A stretch of DNA of 40,000 bases from an uncultured Acidobacteriota bacterium (GTDB lineage: Bacteria > Acidobacteriota > Terriglobia > Terriglobales > Acidobacteriaceae), in assembly GCA_963715675.1 (NCBI GenBank), contig OY970265.1:2822677-2862676 (forward strand), read 5' to 3'. The position numbers were made by a program, and so were the translations under genes. Numbering within the stretch: position 1 is the stretch's first letter; the number at the start of each line of letters is the position of its first letter. Below are positions 1 through 8,150 of the stretch, piece after piece. A model generated the notes under the pieces. That model was given only the letters and a program-made list of their open reading frames with translations, was not told the DNA's origin and did not search any database.

Positions 1-453
1 GATGGAACCACACACACTCTAAATCCACCATCTTTATTGGAGATGCCGCAGACCTTCGAGATGGTTTTCTCGCAGCATGTCCGCCACCCCGAATACAAGA
101 GCCTCGCGCCCGATGGCACACTTTGCAGGGCCGATACCCAGGGATTGCTTGGGCGATACCCCGCCACCGCCACTGGTTTTCAATTTATCGGCAAGGAAAC
201 AGAGCATGGCTGGGAGCAGGCAGAAGACATCAGCACCTTAACACCGTCGCTCGTTCGTTACCAGCAGAACGCGGGCATGGCGAAACAAGCTCTGCGAGAG
301 CGTTTGCAGCAAATTTCTCTCAATACTTTGGAAAAACAAACCGGCCTGAGCAGGCACACCATCCTGCGAGCGCGACGTGGTGAGCGGGTACACCCGAGAT
401 CGTTGCAACTCCTCCGGGTTGCAAACCGAACGATTCCAACTCGGAAACGATAA
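1..453 (+). CDS. hypothetical protein, 5'-partial (open to window edge), C-terminal HTH-like segment
   Basis: Frame 1 is open from nt 1 (DGTTHTLNPPSLLEMPQ...), so the listed 37..453 ORF is only the tail of a longer gene. The C-terminus LEKQTGLSRHTILRARRGERVHPRSL resembles an XRE-like helix-turn-helix. No family recognised. Confidence 0.45.
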   Translation, partial: DGTTHTLNPPSLLEMPQTFEMVFSQHVRHPEYKSLAPDGTLCRADTQGLLGRYPATATGFQFIGKETEHGWEQAEDISTLTPSLVRYQQNAGMAKQALRERLQQISLNTLEKQTGLSRHTILRARRGERVHPRSLQLLRVANRTIPTRKR

Positions 454-466
454 TGATAGCCTCGGG

Positions 467-1096
467 TTAGGCCTTGGCCCGCCGCTGCTTAAATTTCTCG
501 AACTTGGGCCGGAGTTCGTAGAGAATCTCCAAGATCGCTTGCAGGAAGTCTAGCGCTCCCGTCGCATCAAAGTAATCTACTCGTTCGTTTGTTGCGTGCG
601 CACCAAGATTGCGAAGGACGCGCAGTTCGTTTGCCCAATCAAGGAGCTCTTGACTGATTAAGCCCTTGCTGTGCATGGACTTCAAGCCCTCAAAAACACT
701 TCTTGTCGAAGATTCAAACTCTTTGCCAACGGCTTCTAGCGTGCGCCCCACCATCACGACGCATGCCATCCACGTTTTGGCCGACTCACAGCGAACTGCT
801 TCCTCGTATGACTGGCGGACGATATCCGGCAAGTAATAGCCAATGTGACGCTCTTGAGCCGGATAGACGCGGTAATAACTATCTTTGTCGAAGCCGTCTC
901 CCATGTCTTCTCGAACAAAGACGGCGGGTTTTGCACAACTATCGCAATGCGCGAACGTGTACTCCTGTGGCGGTCCTTCGTCTGGAAGCTTATGTACCAT
1001 ATCCACAATCAAAGTCTGTGGCTGCTCACAGGAATAGCAGATTGCTACAATGTGGGCCGGCGATCTCTTCTCGGATTTTTGCTTGGGCTTCGGCAT
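467..1096 (-). CDS. zinc-ribbon + DUF4145-like (HEPN-type RNxxxH motif) protein
   Basis: 209-aa ORF. The N-terminus has two Cys pairs (CYSC ... CDSC). The C-terminal half follows the DUF4145 pattern, with LRVLRNLGAHATNE matching the Rx4-6H HEPN motif. It is on the same strand as, and 166 nt downstream of, the nucleotidyltransferase gene. Confidence 0.7.
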   Translation of the reverse strand: MPKPKQKSEKRSPAHIVAICYSCEQPQTLIVDMVHKLPDEGPPQEYTFAHCDSCAKPAVFVREDMGDGFDKDSYYRVYPAQERHIGYYLPDIVRQSYEEAVRCESAKTWMACVVMVGRTLEAVGKEFESSTRSVFEGLKSMHSKGLISQELLDWANELRVLRNLGAHATNERVDYFDATGALDFLQAILEILYELRPKFEKFKQRRAKA

Positions 1097-1262
1097 ATTA
1101 TCAAAAAGCGCTTACCTTTGTTCAGTCATCATACGCCGCTCCGTGAGATAATTCCGGGCCGGGAATTACTGCCCAAACCGCGCGGATTCCAAAAGGAGGC
1201 GTTTAAGCCGACATACCGCGCTGAGAGCACGACGCGGGGGAGCGGGCACACCCGAAGTCAAT

Positions 1263-1946
1263 TCAGATCCTTCGGAATGTCGCTGGGACAAACTTCAACT
1301 CCCGATACTGGGAATCCTCGATTCTAGTCGATAGATCGTTGGTGAACCCGCTGCTTGGAGAAGAAGGAATGAGTCGGCGGAGCCGATCATGCACTGCGTA
1401 CGGTGGTATTGAGATGCTGTCCCAGAACCTGTCGAGGATAACTGTAGGGGGGACGGGTTCCCCGCGCTCCATTAGTAGGAGACGCTGAGTTTCACGTCTT
1501 AACTTAATCGAGTACTTGACGCGAAAACATTCCTCCAACGTGAACCATGAGTTCGCCAGGGCCCTGAGAAACGCAACGATCCGGTGATGCTTGCTCGCAA
1601 CTGCCTCATGCCCTAGCTCAACCTTGCCAGACCATTGTGATGCCCCCTTTATCCACGTACCGTACTCCACAACATGAGAAGCTAGTTCACTCCCGAGCCA
1701 GAGCAAGCTATCAGTTGCGTCCGCCCGCATCACGGTCAAATCGAGTTCTTTCGTTTTTAGCCTAAAATTTTGGTCTCCGACACACAGGACGTCGATGTCC
1801 GAGTCAGGCCGCTGCAATCCAACAGACATTGAACCGAAGATTACAATCTCAAGCGACTCCTCGAAGTGCTTCACCCCGAAGGCCGTGGCACCAAGCCTCT
1901 CAACCACAATTTGGGCGAGGGAATCCCTATTTTGCATTCGAGTCAT
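1263..1946 (-). CDS. Pol-beta superfamily nucleotidyltransferase (MNT/KNTase-like) with helical C-terminal extension
   Basis: 227 aa. IVIFGSMSVGLQRPDSDIDVLCVG gives the GS...DxD signature, and a third acidic residue sits in ELDLTVM. About 120 aa of helical tail follow. The start codon overlaps the upstream stop (ATGA at 1943-1946). Confidence 0.75.
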   Translation of the reverse strand: MTRMQNRDSLAQIVVERLGATAFGVKHFEESLEIVIFGSMSVGLQRPDSDIDVLCVGDQNFRLKTKELDLTVMRADATDSLLWLGSELASHVVEYGTWIKGASQWSGKVELGHEAVASKHHRIVAFLRALANSWFTLEECFRVKYSIKLRRETQRLLLMERGEPVPPTVILDRFWDSISIPPYAVHDRLRRLIPSSPSSGFTNDLSTRIEDSQYRELKFVPATFRRI

Positions 1947-2455
1947 CCGTTATCGCTGCTATTCACGATCTCCTGAATTTCCAAGAACGTCTCGTGTGCT
2001 ATGCGCATATCCTCTGGGGCAATCCAGCCAAAATATCCTTTTATGTACTCCTCAAAGCTCTGTGCTTTAGCGGTAATTTCGTGATCCTGACCGAATAATC
2101 TCCTGAAAACATCCGCAAAGGATGGTTCTTTGCCCGACTTGCTTTTGCGAATGATATTTGCGCGGAGCAGGGTCGAAAGAAACTCATCAATTGCAACCTC
2201 AATTTCTTCTCGGTCATAACCATCGGTGTATTCACCCTCATCGAAATCTTCGTCGCCATATTCCTCTTCCGCTTCTACAGGTTCTACGGGTTCCACGGCT
2301 TCCTCGGCAACCACTGCTTTCTCCGTCGTTGGCGCTGCGCTCTTTTGTGCAAATCCTGAGTTTTCAAAATAACCCGTTATCTCTTCCAGTCCCTGGGCGA
2401 TTTCCTCAAGAACCCGCCTGCTTGGACGGCGCAATGCTGTTGATTGTTTAGCCAT
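1943..2455 (-). CDS. hypothetical protein with strongly acidic central tract
   Basis: 170-aa ORF. It contains the acidic run EAEEEYGDEDFDEGEYTDGYDREEIE. There is an 8-nt overlap with the upstream gene (ATGGCTAA, 2448-2455) and a 4-nt overlap with the downstream NTase gene. No family recognised. Confidence 0.55.
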   Translation of the reverse strand: MAKQSTALRRPSRRVLEEIAQGLEEITGYFENSGFAQKSAAPTTEKAVVAEEAVEPVEPVEAEEEYGDEDFDEGEYTDGYDREEIEVAIDEFLSTLLRANIIRKSKSGKEPSFADVFRRLFGQDHEITAKAQSFEEYIKGYFGWIAPEDMRIAHETFLEIQEIVNSSDNG

Positions 2456-3116
2456 TGTTTATTTTGCCCAAAACCTGAATCACTCTGTCCCTGAACTCTC
2501 TCCACTGAGCGCGAATGGCGCGGTGGTGAGGCAACAAGGGGAGAATGGCTAAGAGAATGAGAAGAACATAAAATGCAACGTGTGCCTGCCTAAGAGAGTG
2601 CCATTTGTCTTCCCGTTCCTTTGACGGATCTCTCGGTTCGCGAGCTTCCGGGTTTCGGTCGAAAAATCCTTTGCGATGGCCCGCCAAAACCAGCTCATGC
2701 GCAGTATATGGAACTGGAAACGCTCTGCAGACCTCCTGCCCTTTGCCTCGACTGATTTTCTTGAAAGCATCTTCAAGCCGTCCTGCTCGATTGCCAAACA
2801 GTCTGCTCCACCTCACCTGCTCATGCTCCAGAAGAAAAAAGAAGACCAGCATCAACACAAGCCCCAAACTGATGGTGCAAACAGTAGACAGTCCCTTGCC
2901 GCTGCCTGCTGCCGAAGCCGCAATCACGGCAGTTATTGACCACCCTTTGATGGTGAATCTAAACGCGCCAATTTTGTCTATTTTGTCTTGCAAAAGTTTG
3001 TACTCATCCCACAAACGCGACTTGAAGTCCTCCTCGTCGTATAGAACCTTCGTCGAATCGCGCACCTGCGCGGTCGCACTCTGATTTTGGTCGGGTTTAA
3101 CTGGCTCTATCATCAT
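2448..3116 (-). CDS. predicted 3-TM membrane protein (TM hairpin + distal TM)
   Basis: 222 aa. Hydrophobic segments are WSITAVIAASAAG, LSTVCTISLGLVLMLVFFFLL and VAFYVLLILLAILPLLP. An amphipathic helix lies N-terminal to the TM hairpin. This is the first gene of the overlapping three-gene set. Confidence 0.6.
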   Translation of the reverse strand: MMIEPVKPDQNQSATAQVRDSTKVLYDEEDFKSRLWDEYKLLQDKIDKIGAFRFTIKGWSITAVIAASAAGSGKGLSTVCTISLGLVLMLVFFFLLEHEQVRWSRLFGNRAGRLEDAFKKISRGKGQEVCRAFPVPYTAHELVLAGHRKGFFDRNPEAREPRDPSKEREDKWHSLRQAHVAFYVLLILLAILPLLPHHRAIRAQWREFRDRVIQVLGKINNG

Positions 3117-3190
3117 TAAGGAGTTGAGGGTACTAGAGCTATTCGTTTCATTCGAAGCCAGGCGTTCCTTGTGTCTTGTAAAACTCTCGG

Positions 3191-3835
3191 CTAGTGGTCT
3201 GAACCCTTCCAGCCGGGAGGGAACGTAACCTCATACCTATGCCGGTCATCAAAAAGAGAGAACCCATTCAGCCCAATCAAATCCTTCGTCAAGTACTCCG
3301 CCACAGCTTGCAGATACGTGCTTTGCTCTTCGTCTGTAGGATCATTTTTGAGAACATGTTTCAGATTTGCCTTCAACTTGATAGTGATTTGAGCGGTGTG
3401 TTTTGCGGGAATATAAACTGGGGTATCAAGGTCGGCGAATCTGTCAACGGGTCCGAGGGAGCCTAAATCACCCAGGATGAAGGCTAAATGAACGTCTTTA
3501 GAGCCGTCGATTCGATAATCTTCGTTCGTTGTATTTTCCAGGAAATACATGAACTCAATTGTGTTCTTATCGTGGCTGTTCCCGATTTTATTGTACGTTG
3601 CTTTTAGCTGATCCTTCCTCCATGGCTTGGGCGGTGAGGGGCGACCTTCGTACCACGTGAGAGTGAGCGCACCGATGACTACTGCAAGAATTGCGGCGAC
3701 ACCCACACCAAAACCCGCTGCCCTAAGGAAGATTCTTCTCCACGTAGGCATAATGTTAGCCACCACATAAACAGGTCTGTACGCCAGTGCCCATTGTAAC
3801 TCGCTAGGACGCTTATCTTCGTCAGCACATGACAT
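3191..3835 (-). CDS. single-pass membrane-anchored hypothetical protein
   Basis: The ORF has one TM segment (AAGFGVGVAAILAVVIGALTL) followed by a ~150-aa soluble domain. The ORF-track start (3859) lies inside the 36-bp repeat, so an internal ATG at 3835 or 3751 is more likely. Confidence 0.5.
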   Translation of the reverse strand: MSCADEDKRPSELQWALAYRPVYVVANIMPTWRRIFLRAAGFGVGVAAILAVVIGALTLTWYEGRPSPPKPWRKDQLKATYNKIGNSHDKNTIEFMYFLENTTNEDYRIDGSKDVHLAFILGDLGSLGPVDRFADLDTPVYIPAKHTAQITIKLKANLKHVLKNDPTDEEQSTYLQAVAEYLTKDLIGLNGFSLFDDRHRYEVTFPPGWKGSDH

Positions 3836-3842
3836 TCGCTCA

Positions 3843-3878
3843 GGGGGTGCATATTCCATCCCGTCGTATTCTCACCCC
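3843..3878. repeat. terminal-inverted-repeat copy in right-end orientation, proposed right end of a neighbouring element
   Basis: GGGGGTGCATATTCCATCCCGTCGTATTCTCACCCC is the exact reverse complement (36/36) of 3893-3928. It matches 14464-14498 with 2 mismatches. Confidence 0.75.
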
Positions 3879-3892
3879 GGCAAACCACCGGA
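3879..3892. repeat. 14-bp direct repeat GGCAAACCACCGGA (candidate target-site duplication, copy 1)
   Basis: Identical 14-mer at 14499-14512. In both places it directly abuts the outer end of a TIR. Confidence 0.7.
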
Positions 3893-3928
3893 GGGGTGAG
3901 AATACGACGGGATGGAATATGCACCCCC
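3893..3928. repeat. left terminal inverted repeat of the casposon-like element
   Basis: GGGGTGAGAATACGACGGGATGGAATATGCACCCCC. Its reverse complement matches 14464-14498 (CGTCG vs CATTG, plus one extra terminal G). Confidence 0.75.
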
Positions 3929-3974
3929 GGTACGGCGTTGGTGAACTGGGATCAAAGCAGGTGTGGTGAGACAA

Positions 3975-5690
3975 TTATCCTAAATGAAGCACCTCGACGC
4001 GGTCGGCACGACGTCGACCATCTGGGATGACCCTTCCTTCAAGCTTCACCTCTAGGCCTTCCTTCAGTTTGGACCACGCATTGGAAGGAATCACGCTTGT
4101 CTTATGAAAGAACCAGTCCTGGCCTTCACAATCTCTGATGAAGCCGTATGGCATTGATGGAGGAAGACTCTTGATTGTTCCATAGATCGGCGCGGCAGCC
4201 GCGCCAGGGAGAGCGTGAGGTTCGGCCCACCGCAAATCCAATCGCTTTGCTTGGGAAACAGGAAGAGAATCCTCTCCAAAACACTTTGCGAACATCTCAT
4301 AGCTCAGCATGCGGAACTGGGTACATGTCGCAACGTGCTCAGCATCCGAAAGTGCCTGCAACATCTCGATCGCATACGGCTCGTCTCTACAAGACATCGC
4401 GAACGCAAGCCCATCCTCAATTATATTTGTATATAAGGAACCCATCCTCGAATCAAAATCGTTCGCGCCAAATGCGGCTTCAAGGATATGGCGACCCCTC
4501 TCAAGGTGTTTTTTCAACAGTTCACCATCGTTCATTATCCTGTCCTGCTCCGCCCAGCGTCTGTAACACTCGGCAGCTTGATCCTGAGTTGTGATCCTCC
4601 ATTTCCGGGGTCTGGTGCATATGTTTATCAACATGCGCTCATATATTTCAGCAGCTTCTTTACACCGCCCGAGCCTGGTTAGCGCGAGAGCTCGGAGGGT
4701 CTCCAATGTCTCGTCGCCAGGATCTAAGGTCAACGTTTTATCCAGTTGGTTCAACGCTTGTTGTGAATCTTCCATGTCGTACAACATGAAACACGCTTTT
4801 TGATAGTGCGCGATTGCAGATTTCGAATCGTACTCTATTGCAGAATCTAATTGTTCGGCTGCCTTATATAGATCTCCTTTTTGGCTCTCAATCAGTGCAC
4901 CGACCCGGTATGCTTCTGAATAAACTGGCAGCAAAGCTTTTGCCTTGTCGACCCTGTCACTGGCATCTTCCAATTTGCCTGCTCGCAGCAAATCCAGTGC
5001 TTGTTTCAGGTAACTGGTACAAATGCGCTCATCTCGTGTATTCGCTCGGACTGCATATAAGTCATACTTGTATATTGCTTGCTGAACGGCAGACTTCTCC
5101 ACCATCTCCCGCAGTCGCTTGAGAGCAAGCTGTACTTTCTCGAAAAACTTTCGCTCGGGAGGAGCAAAGCGAGCTATGTATTCAGAAGCGACATCCGTCA
5201 GCGTAATCTGGCTTGTCGCATCGGTGCCTCTTAGGTCGGGCACCGTTCGTTTGAGCATACTGGAGTTGTGCAAAGTACTAAGTGTAGCTTCAAGTGCAAA
5301 CTGATCTGTCTTGCCAATCTGCTGGATGAGAAACATCAGCTCCGTAACGGTAAGTGCACGACGTGTTATAGCCAAGACATGGAGTATTTCCTTTTCTGCA
5401 TCGGTTAATCGCGAAAAAAGGTTTTCAAAACAATATCGGAGCGCTGTTTCAAACGCTTGACCACTCTTCGATATGGTTCGATCAGGATCTGCTCCGGATG
5501 CGACACTTTGCACAAACCACTTTATTAGAAGTGGGTTCTTGTGCAGCAATGTGCAATAGTTCTCCAAACGTGCTGGAGAAGCCGAGCTAAGCATCTCCAC
5601 GTTTAACGATTTTGCAAAGCGTCTAGGAGCTGTGAGACTTCCTGGGTCACATCGCGGACTTTCAATCGTGCTGCGATCAACATAGGCCAC
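3975..5690 (-). CDS. STAND-type protein lacking its NTPase domain: winged-helix + TPR array + C-terminal cold-shock domain
   Basis: The N-terminus has the GxP-like segment LHKNPLLIKWF followed by the WH-like LTDAEKEILHVLAITRRALTVTEL. The middle holds TPR-like repeats (YRVGALIESQKGDLYKAAEQLDSAIEYD...). The C-terminus YGFIRDCEGQDWFFHKTSV fits the cold-shock-domain pattern. There is no P-loop. The listed start is a GTG, and an internal ATG (MLSSASP) lies near 5595. Confidence 0.55.
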   Translation of the reverse strand: MAYVDRSTIESPRCDPGSLTAPRRFAKSLNVEMLSSASPARLENYCTLLHKNPLLIKWFVQSVASGADPDRTISKSGQAFETALRYCFENLFSRLTDAEKEILHVLAITRRALTVTELMFLIQQIGKTDQFALEATLSTLHNSSMLKRTVPDLRGTDATSQITLTDVASEYIARFAPPERKFFEKVQLALKRLREMVEKSAVQQAIYKYDLYAVRANTRDERICTSYLKQALDLLRAGKLEDASDRVDKAKALLPVYSEAYRVGALIESQKGDLYKAAEQLDSAIEYDSKSAIAHYQKACFMLYDMEDSQQALNQLDKTLTLDPGDETLETLRALALTRLGRCKEAAEIYERMLINICTRPRKWRITTQDQAAECYRRWAEQDRIMNDGELLKKHLERGRHILEAAFGANDFDSRMGSLYTNIIEDGLAFAMSCRDEPYAIEMLQALSDAEHVATCTQFRMLSYEMFAKCFGEDSLPVSQAKRLDLRWAEPHALPGAAAAPIYGTIKSLPPSMPYGFIRDCEGQDWFFHKTSVIPSNAWSKLKEGLEVKLEGRVIPDGRRRADRVEVLHLG

Positions 5691-6836
5691 AACTTCAGCA
5701 ATGTGTTGACGGTGGGGTATTGGCTAGTGAAATCGGTGTAGACCACTGGGATGGGTGTGTGCCGGATACGAATCTCGGCCCGGCCTCCATAGTATGCCTG
5801 CATACAAATGCCAAGCGTTTCGTCATCGAGTTTGGAATTTTTGTTCAGGTGGAACCACCCCCATATTGCCGAGAAACGCTTTTGCGATTGAAGCGGCAGA
5901 GTAAGCCCTCTCTGGCGGAAGATTGCCGAGCGGGTAGCGCCGAAACTCGATCAGCAGCGCGTTCAGCAAACCAACGGTTGCACAGACATCCTGGCGGCAA
6001 TAATCGATCTCGTCACGTGTCACCGTTCCGCTTGGGGTGTAACCCCCCTTTTTTCCAGGAACCTTAAACTCGTGGCACGCCGTATCAAGGCTGAGGCTGC
6101 GATTTCGGAGAGCCCAGACCAACGTCTTCAGGTCCAAGAACCTTCCCAAGCGGTACGGCTGATTCATGTCCCCGCTTGCCAACCGGATGAATGCGGCCTT
6201 CGAATCCTTGGGCCTGAGCTGAATGCGGGGGCGGAAACTGTTTGGCCGCCAGTTGCCATTTTTCTTATCGCGGTACCTGAAGACTATGAAGCTCCACCCT
6301 CGCCCGCCCGCTCCGCGCGCAACGCGATATTCGACAGCAATACGCGACAAATCAAAAGGAAGGTTGAAAGCAACGATGATCGCTTCCGCTTGGATGGCCG
6401 TGTACATCACTTTTTCAACGAACGCGGCACGGTTGTAAAGCTTCAGCTTGCGGTCTGGCTTCTTGGCACCCTGTCGATTGGCACTCGTGACATACGCGCG
6501 AAGGAGGTCGAGTTGACTGGCGTCTAGGTCATCGGCGTGAAACAGTCCCTCCTCCTGGCAATGGTAATAGCCGTGTGAATCTTTTTCACAGAACTGGTAA
6601 GCCCCAAAGTTTAGACTCAGCCGCGCATCGGTGGTGGTCTCCGTATCCACCACTAGCACGTGTTTCGCGAACGGTGACTTTCTTCTAGAACTGTGCCCCT
6701 TGTTCGCAGTGTCTTCCACAATTCGAGTGTGGCATCGCAAATAGAGTTCGTGATCCATCCATTTCTCCGTGATTGCTCCGAACCGAATCCCCTCGGGGTG
6801 CCGAGGGGACAATCGATTCGTAGCGACTCGTTGCAC
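5603..6836 (-). pseudogene. family-B DNA polymerase remnant (3'-5' exonuclease domain + motif A only; frameshifted and 3'-truncated)
   Basis: Exo I is VVDTETT, Exo II is VAFNLPFDLSRI and Exo III is DYCRQDV, all in ORF 5823..6836. The next frame (5603..5803, open from 5844) reads KLDDETLGICMQAYYGGRAEIRIRHTPIPVVYTDFTSQYPT, which matches motif A (DxxSLYPS). The two frames can only join within 5826-5844, which contains an A5 run. No KxxxNSxYG or YxDTDS motif occurs in any frame downstream. Confidence 0.7.
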
Positions 6837-6841
6837 ACCGC

Positions 6842-7189
6842 CTATTGCTGTTTGGGGTTGATAGCCAAGCTTGGGACGATCTCTCCAGTTTGCGGATTGC
6901 GAACCGAGATGACCTCCAGCTTGATCTTTTTGCCGATTACCCTCTTTTCATCCTCTCCAAACAGCCGGATCAGCGCTTTCATGTTGGTTTTATTCACCGC
7001 CCAGGCTGATTTGCCCTGGACAGGTTTCTTTAGGTCGACGATGGCGGGAGCACTGAATCCCTCAGGGGATTCGCGAATGTCCGCCACTACTATCGTGAGC
7101 GATTTGGTTCCGGCTGGAATGTCCGAACCGTTGAGCAGCGCTCCGGCTTGGCCGGTGCTGCGGCTATCTAGCATCGTTCTCAGACTCAT
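6842..7189 (-). CDS. hypothetical small protein (115 aa)
   Basis: The ORF is packed between the HNH gene (26-nt overlap) and the polymerase gene (5-nt gap), which suggests an operon. No family recognised. Confidence 0.5.
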   Translation of the reverse strand: MSLRTMLDSRSTGQAGALLNGSDIPAGTKSLTIVVADIRESPEGFSAPAIVDLKKPVQGKSAWAVNKTNMKALIRLFGEDEKRVIGKKIKLEVISVRNPQTGEIVPSLAINPKQQ

Positions 7190-7580
7190 TGTTTTGCTCC
7201 TTTTTATGGGGTGATTCCCCGAAACTCTTTGCCACTGAATTCAGCCGTTCACTTGCCCTTGTTGGTGACTTCAACGATTCCGCCCAACGCCACAGTGCCT
7301 CGGCCAGCATCCACAGAAAAACGGCGGTAGCTTTCAGTGCTCTTCTCACTCGCTCCTCGGAACTTGGTGCGCGTCGCATGTCCACATCCGCCCGCCGCAG
7401 GTTTTCGGTTGCTTGCGCGTGGCAAGCTGGGCAAAGAGGAGCAGTCAACTCCGCGTCGTGATTTCTTCCGGCGACGTGGTGTTGCTCGATCCCTGTCTTG
7501 CGCCCGCATTGAAGGCAGCGATTCTGCTCGGCTCTTCTGGCAACCCTACGGGCTGTCTGGATCGGAGTGTGATCAATCAT
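7164..7580 (-). CDS. HNH-type zinc-finger nuclease-like protein
   Basis: CLQCGRKTGIEQHHVAGRNHDAELTAPLCPACHA fits the CxxC...HH...N...CxxCH HNH layout. The start overlaps the upstream stop (ATGA at 7577-7580). Confidence 0.65.
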   Translation of the reverse strand: MIDHTPIQTARRVARRAEQNRCLQCGRKTGIEQHHVAGRNHDAELTAPLCPACHAQATENLRRADVDMRRAPSSEERVRRALKATAVFLWMLAEALWRWAESLKSPTRASERLNSVAKSFGESPHKKEQNNESENDAR

Positions 7581-8053
7581 GACGACGACTCCGGCAGGGC
7601 ATAGATTTGATCGAGTTGGAGCGCGCCCGCTTGGGCGAGCGAACTCAACTGTTCAGGATCGGTAATGAGGAAATGGCCCGCGATGGACTGTCCTGCAAAT
7701 TCTTCAAGCGCGTCGGTCTCGCCGGTTCGCAGGTACTTGCCGACAGCCGACATATAGCGGCCAAGCTGCGATGCTTCCGTTGATCCGTGGATTACAACCG
7801 GAGTGGCACCGCGCGAAGTGGGAACCAGCATGTCCCGGCGTCGCCGGTCAGCTTTGGTTGGCAGGGTGCGTCCTTGCTTTGCCAATCCCCTAAGTTCCGC
7901 ACCCAGATACTTTCGGACAGTGCGAGGATCGATGTGTTCTTCACGCGCAGCAGCGGTTAGGCTCACGTCTGTTCGGCGCATGCGTGCCAGCACATGCAGA
8001 GCCCGATTGTACGTCTCCGCCTTTTTCCCTCGCTTCCGATTGCCGTTTGACAT
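7577..8053 (-). CDS. HTH DNA-binding protein
   Basis: ATG at 8053 (MSNGNRKRGKK) is preceded by AGGAGA. The HTH-like segment is SLTAAAREEHIDPRTVRKYLG. This is the first gene of the minus-strand HTH-HNH-115aa-PolB operon. Confidence 0.55.
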   Translation of the reverse strand: MSNGNRKRGKKAETYNRALHVLARMRRTDVSLTAAAREEHIDPRTVRKYLGAELRGLAKQGRTLPTKADRRRRDMLVPTSRGATPVVIHGSTEASQLGRYMSAVGKYLRTGETDALEEFAGQSIAGHFLITDPEQLSSLAQAGALQLDQIYALPESSS

Positions 8054-8150
8054 GCAATTATTCTCCTGCACCCTGGTTGATGCTTGATTTAAGCACAAGA
8101 TATAAAACGGTTTAGATGGTACAGCTGAGCACAGTGTCTATTTATATGGC

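Noticed and set aside
1-453. The possibility that the partial ORF at the left edge is the C-terminus of a second casposase, because its HTH (GLSRHTILRARRGERVHPRSL) resembles the Cas1-like protein's HTH (GVSRWYAGRIRQGYLPHPRHW).
   Set aside because: The similarity is confined to a generic XRE-like HTH pattern, and nothing upstream of it resembles the Cas1 C-terminal region at 9248-10813. This cannot be decided without the upstream sequence.
1263-3116. Calling the NTase + membrane protein pair a CBASS system.
   Set aside because: The NTase is only 227 aa and looks like a minimal MNT/KNTase-type enzyme rather than a cGAS/DncV-like CD-NTase. No Cap2/Cap3 or a known CBASS effector domain is recognisable. 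It is kept as an unclassified candidate instead.
3843-3928. The long perfect hairpin read as a rho-independent terminator of the upstream or downstream genes.
   Set aside because: No U-tract is present. A third copy of one arm plus the loop recurs 10.6 kb away with the geometry of element termini, so the TIR/duplication interpretation explains more.
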